Shown: positions 13,155 through 25,665 of the stretch, piece by piece
How the letters are laid out: every line of letters starts with the position of its first letter
How positions within the stretch are numbered: the first letter of the stretch is position 1
Source: Octopus sinensis
Taxonomy: Eukaryota
Reading direction: 5' to 3'
DNA length: 62,898 nucleotides
Assembly (NCBI RefSeq): GCF_006345805.1
Contig: NW_021832002.1
Location: 1 to 62,898 of the forward strand
The notes under the pieces: generated by a model
Database searches by the model: none
What the model was told of the DNA's origin: nothing
Seen by the model: the letters and a program-made list of their open reading frames with translations, nothing else
Translations under genes and position numbers: made by a program

Positions 13155-13655
13155 TATCGACCCCAGTGCGTAACTGGTTCTTAATTTATCGACTCCGTAA
13201 GGATGAAAGGCAAAGTCGACTACGGCGGAATTTGAACTCAGAACGTAGCGACAGACGAAATACCTATTTCATTATTACCCACAAGGGGCTAAACACAGAG
13301 AGGACAAACAAGGATAGACAAATGGATTAAGTCGATTACATCGACCCCAGTGCGTAACTGGTACTTATTTAATCGACTCCGAAAGGATGAAAGGCAAAGT
13401 CGACTTCGGCGGAATTTGAACTCAGAACGTAGCGGCAGACGAAATACCTATTTCTTTACTACCCACCAGGGGCTAAACACAGAGAGGACAAACAAGGACA
13501 GACAAACGGATTAAGTCGATTATATCGACCCCAGTGCGTAACTGGTACTTACGAAAGGCAAAGTCGACCTCAGCGGAATTTGAACTCAGAACGTAGCGGC
13601 AGAGGAAATGCTAAGCATTTTGCCCGCCGTGCTAACGTTTCTACCAGCTCGCCTT
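13155..13655 (-). mobile_element. SINE family C, one head plus 3 body units (distal unit partial)
   Basis: Repeated atcgaccccagtgcgtaactgg at about 13157, 13341 and 13524, then the head. Confidence 0.85.
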
Positions 13656-13810
13656 CTTTCAGTTTCCGTCTACGAATCCTCCTGTAGGGCTTTTATTGGC
13701 CCGAGGCAATAGTAGAAAACATTTTCCCAAGGGACCCCACTGTAGCTCTGAACACAGAACCATGTGGTTGAACAGCACGCTCCTTACCATAGAGTCATGC
13801 TTGCGCCTAT
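13655..13810 (-). mobile_element. SINE family A, 5' half, decayed
   Basis: ttctttcagtttccgtcta..gaaccatgtggttg..gcgcctat. Confidence 0.65.
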
Positions 13811-14544
13811 ATAAAAACAGTTTACCATAACTTGATTGTTTATTTAATACTTCTTAGAAGGGTGCACGTTTATTAAGTTTTACATTGTAAGAGGTGATAA
13901 AAACTCCGAAGTTTCGGTTTATCCACCATTAATGAATCTTTTAACGGAAAGCAAACCGAAAATTCAAAATCACTATTGTAAAAATGTATAGAGGCGTGTG
14001 TGTATTTATAAAAGGAAAACACCGAATGTAACAAGCTTTACTGTATTACATAAAACTATTTTTAAAAATGAATAATTTTTTAAGAAATATATTTTGATGC
14101 TGCCACACACTTCCTCTGACTAAATTGAAAATCCAAAATTTGATTTGTTTAAAAGTAAACATTTCCTTAAAATTAAAGCTAAACACACTTTATTTTACTG
14201 CGTGAAATATAGCTATTTAATGCAATAGAACGATTTTTACAAAATTACTTTTTTTATTCCATTCCATAGTAAAAACCCATTTTTTCCCTCATTGAATAAT
14301 CTCAGTGTTTACCATAAACGGGGAAAAAAATCGTCAAATATTAACCAAAAGGGAAGAAAAGTTTGTAATAGTTTAAACTCATTAATATTCGTTTTTCAAA
14401 TATCCTTTCCGTCACAAAGTTTGTAATTAAAGACAACATCAAAGAAAAGTCATCGATATTTTAATGTTTTAAAATGTAATTAAAGCTTGTGTTTAGAACG
14501 TTGTAGCAAACAGCATGAGATGATATTATTATCAGTAGCAGTTA

Positions 14545-14584
14545 TATGAATAGTAATAGTAGTGGTAGTATTATTAATATTGTC

Positions 14585-14676
<92 letters not shown>

Positions 14677-14979
14677 CCTTATTATTATTATTATTGTTAT
14701 TATCATTATTAATATTATTATTATTATCATTATTATTATTATTATTGTTGTTGTTATTATTATTATTATTATTGTTATTATTATTATTATTATTGTTATT
14801 ATTATTATTATTATTATTGTTATTATTATTATTATTATTATTATTGTTGTTGTTATTATTATTATAATTGTTATTATTATTGTTAATATTATTATTATTG
14901 TTGTTGTTATTATAATTATTATTATTGTTATTATTATTATTATTATTATTGTTACTATTATCATTGTTATTGTTATTAA

Positions 14980-15017
<38 letters not shown>

Positions 15018-15105
15018 TATTATTATTATTATTATCATTAATTTTATTATTATTATTATTATCATCATCAGCATTATCATTATTATTATTATTATATTAT
15101 TATTA

Positions 15106-15140
<35 letters not shown>

Positions 15141-15171
15141 ATTATTATTATTGTCATCATCATTATTATTA

Positions 15172-15205
<34 letters not shown>

Positions 15206-15207
15206 CT
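14545..15207. repeat. Long imperfect (TAT)n/(TGT)/(CAT) trinucleotide microsatellite
   Basis: Directly visible; source of the poly-I and poly-L ORFs. Confidence 0.95.
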
Positions 15208-15391
15208 ATGCTTATCCTGTGTATACATAGAATTTATGAAAAATCGAGAAATGTACGCATGTTTTTAGCAATTCTCTATATACCCTTGGTTAGAAAGCGA
15301 AAAAATATTTGCAAGTCATCTTAATACAATAATGACACACCACATACACCTTCACAATATGTGTGTCCACACACACACACATACATACACA

Positions 15392-15423
<32 letters not shown>

Positions 15424-15520
15424 CATATATATAAATGTATATATACACACACAAATACATACCCACGCATATACATATACAGGGATAAATAGGTATATAT
15501 ATATATAAGGGATAAATAGG

Positions 15521-15551
<31 letters not shown>

Positions 15552-15909
15552 AGATGTGTGTGTCTACTAATCTACTTAAACTAATTCACACATACACACG
15601 CACGCACGTACATATATATACAAATATATATAGCTAAGCCTACGCACAATATATACATACATATAGAGAGAAAAACAGATCTATATATACACATATATGT
15701 GTGTGTGTCTACTAGTCTACATAAAGTAGTCCACACGTACACAGGCTCGCACACACGTTTCCTTCAGTTATTGCCATTCATGAAAGATTTTTGTTTCTAA
15801 GTAAAGAAAAAAATAATAGTTTTATTATGTAACAGTAATAAATAAGTTGACACTTTTGAAGCCTATAATTTAAATTTTTTTAAAGTAAAACAAGCAAGAC
15901 GTCAGAATG

Positions 15910-15947
<38 letters not shown>

Positions 15948-16098
15948 ATACATATATATATACACATATGTATATATACAATATATATATATATACTATG
16001 TATATATACATATATATATACATATATAATATATATATTTATAAATACATATATATATATACATATGTATATATACATATATATATACATATATATAT

Positions 16099-16148
<50 letters not shown>

Positions 16149-16163
16149 TATATACATATGTTA

Positions 16164-16214
<51 letters not shown>

Positions 16215-16430
16215 ATATTATATATATGTAGGTATGTATATATATATAATATGTGTGTATATATATATTTATATATGTATATATATATTCATATATGTAT
16301 ATATATGTATATATGTATATATATATATATATATATATTATATTTGTGAGTGTGTGTGCGTGTATATATGTGTGTATAATACGTGTATGTCCGGATATAT
16401 GTTTATTATGCGTGTGTGTGTGTGTGTATA
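15910..16430. repeat. (TA)n/(TACA)n microsatellite field
   Basis: Directly visible. Confidence 0.95.
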
Positions 16431-16889
16431 TCAATGTGCATCTGATTGTAGAACTGTGTTTGGTGTGTATGTGTATGTAATATGCATGTGCATGTTGATG
16501 TTGAAGCTTTTATTTTTACAGATACTTTTCAAAAAAAAAAATTGTGTACAGAAAATTTCGTAGCTAAAATTTTATTCGAAAACGTAAAAATATTGTACTT
16601 AGCTTTAATTTCTTTGTAAATGCAAAATTATTTTGTTTAGAACAAATGTTGTTATTCTAAACTTATTGCAAGCAGTTACAAATGCTATAAAGTAATCATA
16701 AATCTTAAAAGTCACATATTCACATAAAAGGCGAATGTGTGTGTGTGTGTGTGGGTGGGATGGGTGAGGATTTGTTCTCTAAAACAATTATTAACAACTT
16801 AAATAAAGAACTCAATACCAAGAACATGATTCAATATAATACACGTAATATGTCTTTAAAATAGTTTCTTCAGCGAAACCGTTCTACGT

Positions 16890-16950
16890 ACACACATACA
16901 TACATACATACATATATACATACATATATGCATACATACATGCATGCATG

Positions 16951-16982
<32 letters not shown>

Positions 16983-17292
16983 CATATATGCATACATATA
17001 TGCATACATACATACATATATACATACATACATATATGCATACATACATATATACATACATACATACATACATGCATATATACATACATACATACATACA
17101 TATATACATACATACATACATACATATATGCATACATACATATATACATACATACATATATGCATACATACATGCATGCATACATACATACATACATACA
17201 TATATGCATACATACATGCATGCATGCATGCATACATACATACATACATCATACATACATACATACATACATACATACATACATACATACAT
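16890..17292. repeat. (CATA)n tetranucleotide microsatellite
   Basis: Directly visible; source of the MYVC/HTYI ORFs. Confidence 0.95.
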
Positions 17293-17539
17293 AAAAATCG
17301 GCAGTTACGTTATCCAAGTTACAAGTTCAGGTTTATACCTGTAATTAAATACCAATCTTGAGAAATAAAGCTTCTCAAAACTAGAAAAAAAAAAGCTAAT
17401 TCGAAGTCTACAGATCCAATCAATCACTCGAACTGTAAAAATCTGTAAAACTTTCCAAAAGTTTATCATTTAAATATATATGAGCATGTCTAGATATGCA
17501 ACTATATGCATGACAATACATACATAATACATACAAACG

Positions 17540-17965
17540 TGTGTGGTTGTGTGGTAAGTAGCTTGCTTAGCAACCAAATGATTCCGGGTTCAGTCCCACT
17601 GCGTGGCACCTTGTGCACGTGTCTTCAACTATAGGCTCGGCCCGACCAAACCCTTGTGAGTGGATTTGGCAGACTGAAACTCAAAGAAGCCCGTCGTATA
17701 CATATATGTGTCCGTATGTATGTGTGTATGCTTGTGTGTGTGTGTGTGTGTGTGCTTGCGTGCCTACGTTTGCTCTCCCCCCAACATCACTTGACAACCG
17801 ATGCTGGTGTGTTTACGTTGCGTAACATAGCAGTTCGGCAAAAGTGACCGATAGAATAAGTACTAGGGTTTACAAAGAATAAGTTATGGTGTTGATTTAG
17901 TTGACTAAAGGCGGTGCTCCAGCATGGCCGCAGTCAAATGACTGAAACAAATAAAAGAATAAAAT
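17540..17965 (+). mobile_element. SINE family A
   Basis: Head, internal (TG)n and tail all present. Confidence 0.8.
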
Positions 17966-18133
17966 TTCCATATATACATGCATACATATGTACATACATA
18001 CAAACAAAAATACCCTCTTCTTGACGTTGAAATTCCAATGAAGGGGCCTTGGATTTAGGTTAGAAGCCGGTTCTTTCTCTATTGGCAAGAAATTTTTAAA
18101 TAAACTGAATAATGACATACATACATACATACA

Positions 18134-18164
<31 letters not shown>

Positions 18165-18307
18165 GTAATACTGGGTATTAGTATTTTTCGCTCGATAGCT
18201 GATGAAGAATTACGATCCGATCCTACTGTGACTCTCCTACGTGTACGTTCTGCAGTATTTAATGCATTTTTGTTATTTATTGAGTAACTGAGTTCCACGC
18301 AACCAGA

Positions 18308-18692
18308 CGTAACTTGCTTATGAACCACATGGTTCCGGATTTAGTCCCACTGCGTGGCACCTTGGGCAAGTGTCTTCTAATATAGCCTCGGGCCGACCAA
18401 TGCCTTGTGAATGGATTTGGTAGACGGAAACTGAAAGAAGCCCGTCTTATATATATATATATATGTGAGTGTGTGTGTGTATGTTTGTGTCTGTTTTTGT
18501 CCCCCTAGCATTGCTTGACAACCGATGCTGGTGTGCTTATGTCCCCGTAACATAGCGGTTCGGTAAAAGAGAACGATAGAATAAGTACTGGGCTTACAAA
18601 GAATAAGTCCCGGGGTCGAGTTGCTCGATTAAAGGCGGTGCTCCAGCATGGCCGCAGTCAAATGACTGAAACAAGTAAAAGAGAGTAAAAGA
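18308..18692 (+). mobile_element. SINE family A (5' end clipped)
   Basis: aacttgcttatgaaccacatggttccgg..gtcaaatgactgaaacaagtaaaaga. Confidence 0.85.
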
Positions 18693-18925
18693 GATACATG
18701 CTGAAGATGGCAACGCCAATTGTAAATTAAGATCATTTTATTTTATTTTATTTACAAAAAGATTGCCGAAACTATGCATAGTCCAGGAAAGATAAGGTAA
18801 ACGTTTTTATTTCTCTCTACCTTTCAAAATTACAACTATTAGTGGTTTGGAGTTTAACTGCTCTTTCTAGTGAGTCAGATGTCCTATTATGGTCATCTCT
18901 TATGTGTCTAAATGCACACTGTATT

Positions 18926-18996
<71 letters not shown>

Positions 18997-19178
18997 AAAA
19001 GGGCTTAGTAAAATAAATTACTTTGCCACATACTGAACTCATTAGAAATAGTAGCTAAAAAAAACTTTTTTAAAACTATTTCTAATACTTAAAGAAAATC
19101 TCTCTCATATAGTGTTTGCTCAATTCAACTCACGAAATTATGGGGGTAAAGACATTAAAAAATCAAATGCAAAGGTTA

Positions 19179-19233
19179 TTTGAGAACGTACGTTTCAAGA
19201 TTAGTCAACTCGACATTTCTATCATCAGCTCAG
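19179..19233 (-). ncRNA. Type I hammerhead ribozyme, canonical core (family F, unit 1)
   Basis: Minus strand UUCUGAG CUGAUGA UAGA-AAU-GUC-GAGUU-GAC-UAA-UCUU GAAAC GUAC GUU CUCAAA. Confidence 0.8.
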
Positions 19234-19730
19234 AACTCCTTGGTTTGGATTTGAAAACACTGAAAGTGGGAGCATACCCTTTCGGCTTCTTATCGCTTCT
19301 GAAGATCTGCTCGAAACTAACAGTGCCAGCAAACCCAAAATATGCAAGCGAAGAATTTCTGCTCTCCCCTCCCACCAGCGTGGGTAAAATCAGTAAACAC
19401 TATGCTTTTTCGGTAAAATCCGAAGCATTAATAGAGAGAGATGAATTATATTTCAACAATTGAGGGTAAAATTAATTAATTATTAATCAATTTCACCAAG
19501 TATTCAGTATGTAAAGGGACCATTTAAGGCGAATTCAAATTATTACATTATATAAAAGGGCTTAGTAAAATAATTACTTTGCCACATACTGAACTCATTA
19601 GAAATAGTAGCTAAAAACTTTTTTAAAACTATTTCTAATACTTAAAGAAAATCTCTCTCATATAGTGTTTGCTCAATTCACTCACGAAAGTATGGGGGTA
19701 AAGACATTAAAAAATCAAATGCAAAGGTTA

Positions 19731-19786
19731 TTTGAGAACGTACGTTTCAAGATTAGTCAACTCGACATTTCTATCATCAGCTCAAA
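19731..19786 (-). ncRNA. Type I hammerhead ribozyme, canonical core (family F, unit 2)
   Basis: Same motif with a perfect 6-bp stem I, UUUGAG/CUCAAA; 552 nt from the unit 1 motif. Confidence 0.85.
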
Positions 19787-20332
19787 ACTCCTTGGTTTGG
19801 ATTTGAAAACACTGAAAGTGGGAGCGTACCCTTTCGGCTTCTTATCGCTTCTGAAGTTCTGCTCGAAACTAACAGTGCCAGCAAACCCAAAATATGCAAG
19901 CGAAGAATTTCTGCTCTCCCCTTTCCACCAGCGTGGGTTAAAATCAGTAAACACTATGCTTTTTCGGTAAAATCCGAAGCATTAAATAGAGAGAGATGAA
20001 TTATAATTTCAACAATTGAGGGTAAAATTAATTAATTATTAATCAATTTTTCAATTTTTTAATATCTTTACCCCCATACTTTCGTGAGTTGAATTGAACA
20101 AACAGTATATGAGAGAGATTTTCTTTAAGTATTAGAAATAGTTTTAAAAAAGTTTTTTTTAGCTACTATTTCTATGAGTTTCAGTATGTGGCAAAGTAAT
20201 TTATTTTACTAAGCCCTTTTATATAATGTAATATTTTGAATTCGCCTTAAATGGTCCCTTTACATACTGAATACTTGGTGAAATTGATTAATAATTAATT
20301 AATTTTACCCTCAATTGTTGAAATTATATATA

Positions 20333-20380
<48 letters not shown>

Positions 20381-20388
20381 ATATATAA

Positions 20389-20826
20389 AGGCAGAATGCT
20401 AAATTGAATGTAAATTTTAATGAAAATGGGTGTATTGAGAATTAAAATAATTTTTTTTTAAAATATATATTAATTCAAAACATCTTTCGTTGCAATACGA
20501 CTTTTCAAGAATTGTAACGTGAAAAGAATTTTTTTTTTGATAATTGAGGAGGGGGGAAAAATGAAAATTACATTTTTTTTTTGCAAAAGAATAATAAACA
20601 CATGCAAAAATTAAAAAATAGGTACACTAATACTTGCAAAAAACAATGTAATTTTCTTTTTTCCCCCTCTCAATTATAAAAAAATTTTCTTTTCACGTTA
20701 CAATTTTTGAAAAGTCGCATTGTGACGAAAACCGGGTTGAATTGATATATATATATATTTTTTAATTTAAAAAAAATTTACATACACCCATTTTCATTAA
20801 AATTTACCTTCAATTTTTCATTGCCT
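20389..20826. mobile_element. Foldback/MITE-like element with imperfect arms of about 200 bp
   Basis: aggcagaatgctaaattgaatgtaaattttaatgaaaatgggtgt.. mirrors ..acacccattttcattaaaatttaccttcaatttttcattgcct. Confidence 0.75.
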
Positions 20827-21478
20827 ATCATTTCTCCACGTGCGGTCAACACAACCCCACCGTTTATTGATTTATATATATATATATAGCAAAACGTCAT
20901 TAATTTTTTAACGAATAAAAATCAGATCCGGTCGCAGAAAAAAATTAATAAATACATCTTTCCCTAAAACATACCATTGCAAGCGGAAGTGACTGTTTAA
21001 AAATCAGAGAAACCGTAATCGCCCCTTTTTCTACTATTTTAATTCTCACACTTGTTTTTTTCCATATGACTTGTCGACCACCACTGAAATTAATGAACCT
21101 TGTACATTCTAACAAATTAATATACAGTTTTAATTTCAAACTTACACCTTCTGTTTTGAACATGATAATTTATCAACGTTGAAACATTTTGATTTGTCAA
21201 CATTGAAACTTATAATGATGTTTTTCTAATTGTACACTTTTACCATTGATAAACAAAAAATATTTTTGAAACTAGTTTGGTATGTATGTAAATAAATGTA
21301 ATTTAAACATTTACGAGCTTTTGTAATTTAAATGCATTTTCAATAACACATTTTCGTATATATATATATGTATATATATATAACAAATTAATAAATAAAA
21401 CATATGCACATATACATACATATATGTACATATCTACATATATGTACATACCTAGATCTATATGTATATATACATGCA

Positions 21479-21706
21479 TATATGGGTACAGACGCCAAAA
21501 ATGTAGAACACATAATTCCCCTCTTCAGTTGTCCCTGCTTCGACTACTCTGTGTTTCGAAGATAAAAAGGTGAATATTCCTTGTGTTGTATGTCTTGTAC
21601 TCTGTTTTTTCGTTGTTTGAAAAAAAGTTCGTTTCCATGTTTTCGTTTTTATGTTTTCGTTTCTCATTGTGTTCTACGTATTTTTTTTGTGTCTTGCACC
21701 CATATA
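21479..21706. repeat. Short element with imperfect inverted ends, embedded in (TA)n
   Basis: atatgggtacagacgccaaaaatgtagaacac mirrors gtgttctacgtattttttttgtgtcttgcacccatat. Confidence 0.55.
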
Positions 21707-21835
21707 TGCATGTATATATACATATAGATGTAGGTATGTACATATATGTATGTATATATGCATACGTTTTATTTATTAATTGTTATTACATGATCTAACG
21801 CCACTCATCCAATTCCAAGTATATATATATATGTA

Positions 21836-21919
<84 letters not shown>

Positions 21920-22310
21920 CATTCTGACAAAGGGGTTAACTGACTGAAACTTCAAAGTCACTGTCAACAACGTTCTTGTTTAAGAATAATAATTTTGTGT
22001 TCTACAAATGTATAGTGTAATCCATCAGATTAATGTAAAATTGTTATTATTATAACTGAGCATAAATAAAAACAAATATCACGCACACACGCGTGCAGAC
22101 AAATTCAAGCACTCCTACATTCAAGTACACGCGCACACACACATATGTATACACACATGTTATCTTAACTACTTTTGACAGCCGACAGACGCTCAAGTTA
22201 TTCTTAGCGTTTGTCAAACAACAATAGACGCCATCACTTCGTATGGCATATATCTCTTATTCTTGAACTACTTGCAGCATTTATTTTAACAGTCATTTAT
22301 GTTTTGTATC

Positions 22311-23645
22311 TATTTCTTTACTACCCACAAGGGGCTAAACACACAGAGGAAAATCAAGGACATAAACAGACTAAGTCGAGTATATCGACCCCAGTGCGTA
22401 ACTGGTACTTATTTAATCGACTCCGAAAGGATGAAAGGCAAATTCGACCTCGGCGGAATTTGAACTCAGAACGTAGCGGCAGATGAAATACCTATTTCTT
22501 TACTACCCACAAGGGACTAAACAGACAGGACAAACAAGGACAGAGAAACAGATTAAGTCGATTATATCGACCCCAGTGCATAACTGGTACTTATTTAATC
22601 GACCCCGAAAGGATGAAAGGCAAAGTCGACCTCGGCGGAATTTGAACTCAAAGCGTAGCGACGAGCGAAATACCTATTTCTTTACTACCCACAAGTGACT
22701 AAGCACAGAGGGGACAAACAAGGACAGAGAAACAGATTAAGTCGATTATATCGACCCCAGTGCGTAACTGGTACTTATTTAATCGACCTCGAAAGGATGG
22801 AAGGCAAAGTCGACCTCGACGGAATTTGAACTCAGGGCGTAGCGGCAGACGAAATACCTGTTTCTTTACTACCCAGAAGGGGCTAAAGACATAGAGGACA
22901 AACAAGGACAGAAAAACGGATTAAGTCGATTATATCGACCCCAGCGCGTAACTGGTACTTATTTAAACAACCCCGATAGGATGAAAGGCAAAGTCGACCT
23001 CGGCGGAATTTGAACTCAGAACGTAACGGCAGACGAAATACCTATTTCTTTATTACCCACAAGGGGCTAAACATAGAAGGGACAAACATGGACAGACATA
23101 GGTATTAAGTCGATTATATCGACCCCAGTGCGTAACTAGTACTTATTTAATCGACCCCAAAAGGATGAAAGGCAAAGTCGACCTCGGCAGAATTTGAACT
23201 CAAAGCGTAGCGCCGAGCGAAATACCTATATCTTTACTACCCGCAAGGGTCTAAACACAGAGAGGACAAACAAGGACAGACAAACGGATTAAGTCGATTA
23301 TATCGACCCCAGTGCGTAACGAGGACTTAATTTATCGACCCCGAAAGGATGAAAGGCAAAGTCGATCTTGGCAGAATTTGAACTCAAAGCGTAGCGACGA
23401 GCGAAATACCTGTTTCTTTACTACCCACAAGGGGCTAAAGACAGAGAGGACAAACAAGGACAGAAAAAACAGATTATGTCGATTATATCGACCCCAGTGC
23501 GTAACTGGTACTTATTTAATCGACCCCGAAAGGATGAAAGGCAAAGTCGACCTCGGCGGAATTTGACCTCAGAACGTAACGGCAAACGAAATACCGCTAA
23601 GCATTTCGCCCGGCGTGCTAACGATTCTGCCAGTTCACCGCCTTA
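22311..23645 (-). mobile_element. SINE family C, one head plus 7 tandem body units of about 182 bp
   Basis: Unit starts near 22311, 22493, 22674, 22857, 23041, 23226 and 23408; single head at 23591-23645. Confidence 0.92.
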
Positions 23646-23989
23646 TTTATTTTTTTTGTATCATCTCAAAACTGCTAATCACTACGTGATAAAATAGCCA
23701 ACCGAGTGAAATCAATGTCCACCATGTACCGCATGATTATCTCCCGCAAAAGTAACCGTATGTCTGTCTTGTCACACTTTTAACACATGAATATTTCTAA
23801 ACTTTACTACATTTACATCCATTTACATCCCAGTCCACTCACCCTCACGCAACCACTTGCACTCCCTCACTGCTCTTAGTCCCTCGATGCCCTTATCTTC
23901 ACCTTTCCTCCCTTAAAATCCATCTCTCCGGTCCGTAATGTTTTCCTTTCCATCCTTTCCCCCCAACCGTCTCTTCTGTCTTTTCTTTT

Positions 23990-24026
23990 TCTTCTGATCA
24001 AGGACACGCTGTTCAAAACGTCAAAA
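23990..24026 (+). ncRNA. Decayed minimal hammerhead motif
   Basis: UCUU CUGAUCA A GGACA-CGC-UGUUC AAAAC GUC AAAA; G8C and G12A changes predict inactivity. Confidence 0.4.
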
Positions 24027-24317
24027 CTCTTCATTTTCCCTTTTTCGGTTTTTTTTTTGGGGGGGGGTGCATGAAAATTTTGTGAAAATTTTTTCTTTTT
24101 GTGGAGCTATATTTTTGTTTTGCTCCTTTATCATATATAAATATAAGTCTTTGTGGCGTCAATGAAGCATTGATAGATGTGTAATCTCTGCTCAATGTTT
24201 TTGTCGTGAAGCTTGTAAAAATACCTGTCATTGGTTCCTCATCCAATGATAAAATCTGATTGGGAATTGAAGAGGTTTATTCCAACAATTCGAATGAAAG
24301 ATTTAAGTAAAATTCTG

Positions 24318-24741
24318 GTATACTTTTCGGTTTGAACGGCAGTTTTTCTAGCGGTGTCATATGAAATTGTCACCCATAATTATGACCCTAGTATCGATCT
24401 ATTGCATTTCAATCTGTTTTAGAATTAGGGTTAAGGGTTAGGGGTGAGGGAAGGGTGTCTTTTTTCTTCACAAATGTAAATAAACCCAAACTGTTTCTCA
24501 AACGAGGGACATAATCATACGGCACAGAATGTTTTTTTTACCTCAATGGACGTCAGTGATTGGTTGAAATTGCAGAAATTGAAGAAAAAAACAACAAATA
24601 TCTTACAAACTATAGAATTTTCTCAATAAAGCCAAGAGAAAAAGATGTTTTATAAACACATTCTACCAGTATACGAAGTTTAAAAGTGTTTAGTTACGTG
24701 GAAATTATTTTTAAAAACTGCCGTTCAAATCGAAAAGATCC
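24318..24741. mobile_element. MITE with 25-bp TIRs
   Basis: cttttcggtttgaacggcagttttt (24323-24347) versus aaaaactgccgttcaaatcgaaaag (24713-24737), 1 mismatch; aaattct on both flanks. Confidence 0.8.
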
Positions 24742-24744
24742 AAA

Positions 24745-25060
24745 TTCTGCACCATGTTTTCCCTGTAACATTGACGAAGGTTATGCTATGAGTAATGTCG
24801 CACGTCTTTGTCATATTCTTGCTTGTACTACAATATTAGAAATTTTCCTCAGCAATCATCAAAATTTGTATTAATTTTTCACAGTCTATACATAAGATTG
24901 TACAAAAGACTCGGTCTCTTATTTCTAACTATTTTGAATACTTCTGGAATATCATCAACACTTGGCATATTTCCATTTTTGTGTTTGTGCAAGGCAATAT
25001 ATACTTCATTGAGAGCTAATTGTCAAAAAGAGTATTTCATATTTCACAGGAATTTGCTCA
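24745..25060 (-). pseudogene. Highly decayed LINE fragment (region just upstream of the RT core)
   Basis: Minus translation ALNEVYIALHKHKNGNMPSVDDIPEVFK..LLYNLMYRL resembles the EV..A....KNGK.PG.D.IP.E motif of APE-type LINEs. Confidence 0.5.
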
Positions 25061-25227
25061 ATTTAAATTAGTCTTGCAAAACAACAAACTTATTTTGATG
25101 AGTGTTTTAGTACATTATTAAAATATCGTTTCAATCCCTTGTCATGCTGAACCCTAAAGATACCAGCTGAAACCGAACAAGGATCATAAAATTCATTTAT
25201 AATAATATAAAGTTACTACCCTTATTG

Positions 25228-25393
25228 TGACTGAGGCCATGCTGGGGCACCGCCTTTAATAGAACAAATCGCCTCCAGGACTTATTATTTGTAAGCCTAG
25301 TACTTATTCTATCGGTCTCTTTTGCCGAACCGCTAGATTACGGGGACACACCAGCATCGGTTGTCAAGCAATGTTGGGGGGGACAAACACACA

Positions 25394-25430
<37 letters not shown>

Positions 25431-25436
25431 CATACA

Positions 25437-25470
<34 letters not shown>

Positions 25471-25665
25471 CGACGGGCCTCTTTCAGTTTCCTTCTACCA
25501 AATGCACTCACAAGGCTTTGGTAGGGCCAAGGCTATAGTAGAAGACAATTGCCCAAATTGTCACGCAGTGGGACTTAACCTGGAACCATGTGGTTCGTAA
25601 GCAACCTACTTACCACACAGCCACTCTTACACCTACACTTACCACACAGCCACTCCTATGCCTAC
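25228..25665 (-). mobile_element. SINE family A with locally duplicated 5' end
   Basis: acttaccacacagccactc(t/c)ta..cct occurs twice in tandem at 25608-25665. Confidence 0.85.

Larger units (their letters stand above)
18991..20327 (-). mobile_element. Tandem repeat of about 555 bp (family F) plus inverted partial copy; retrozyme-like or PLE pLTR-like
   Basis: Unit 1 18991-19547, unit 2 19548-20049 (truncated), then 20050-20327 is the reverse complement of the unit junction region; flanked by (TA)n. Confidence 0.75.

Noticed and set aside
18190-18240. CUGAUGAAG..GAUCCGAUC hammerhead-like string
   Set aside because: GAAA absent and stems I and II poorly paired.
18701-18725. CUGAAGA UGGC-AAC-GCCA
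   Set aside because: Good stem II but no GAAA or cleavage triplet follows.
19308-19335. Plus-strand CUGAAGA..GAAAC inside family F, a possible opposite-polarity ribozyme
   Set aside because: No stem II can form, no NUH with stem I, and unit 2 has CUGAAGU.
19116-19970. Duplicated ORFs 19116-19463 and 19665-19970 as a tandem gene pair
   Set aside because: They are antisense to the hammerheads, start at GTG, end at different points because of indels and show no domain similarity.
21515-21575. Minus-strand GAAAC..GUA followed by CUGAAGA (permuted hammerhead)
   Set aside because: Stem I is out of register and stem II relies on wobbles.
22311-23645. Regular 182-bp array as a CRISPR-like locus
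   Set aside because: Whole units repeat with no unique spacers, and the unit is the body of a SINE seen as TSD-flanked monomers.
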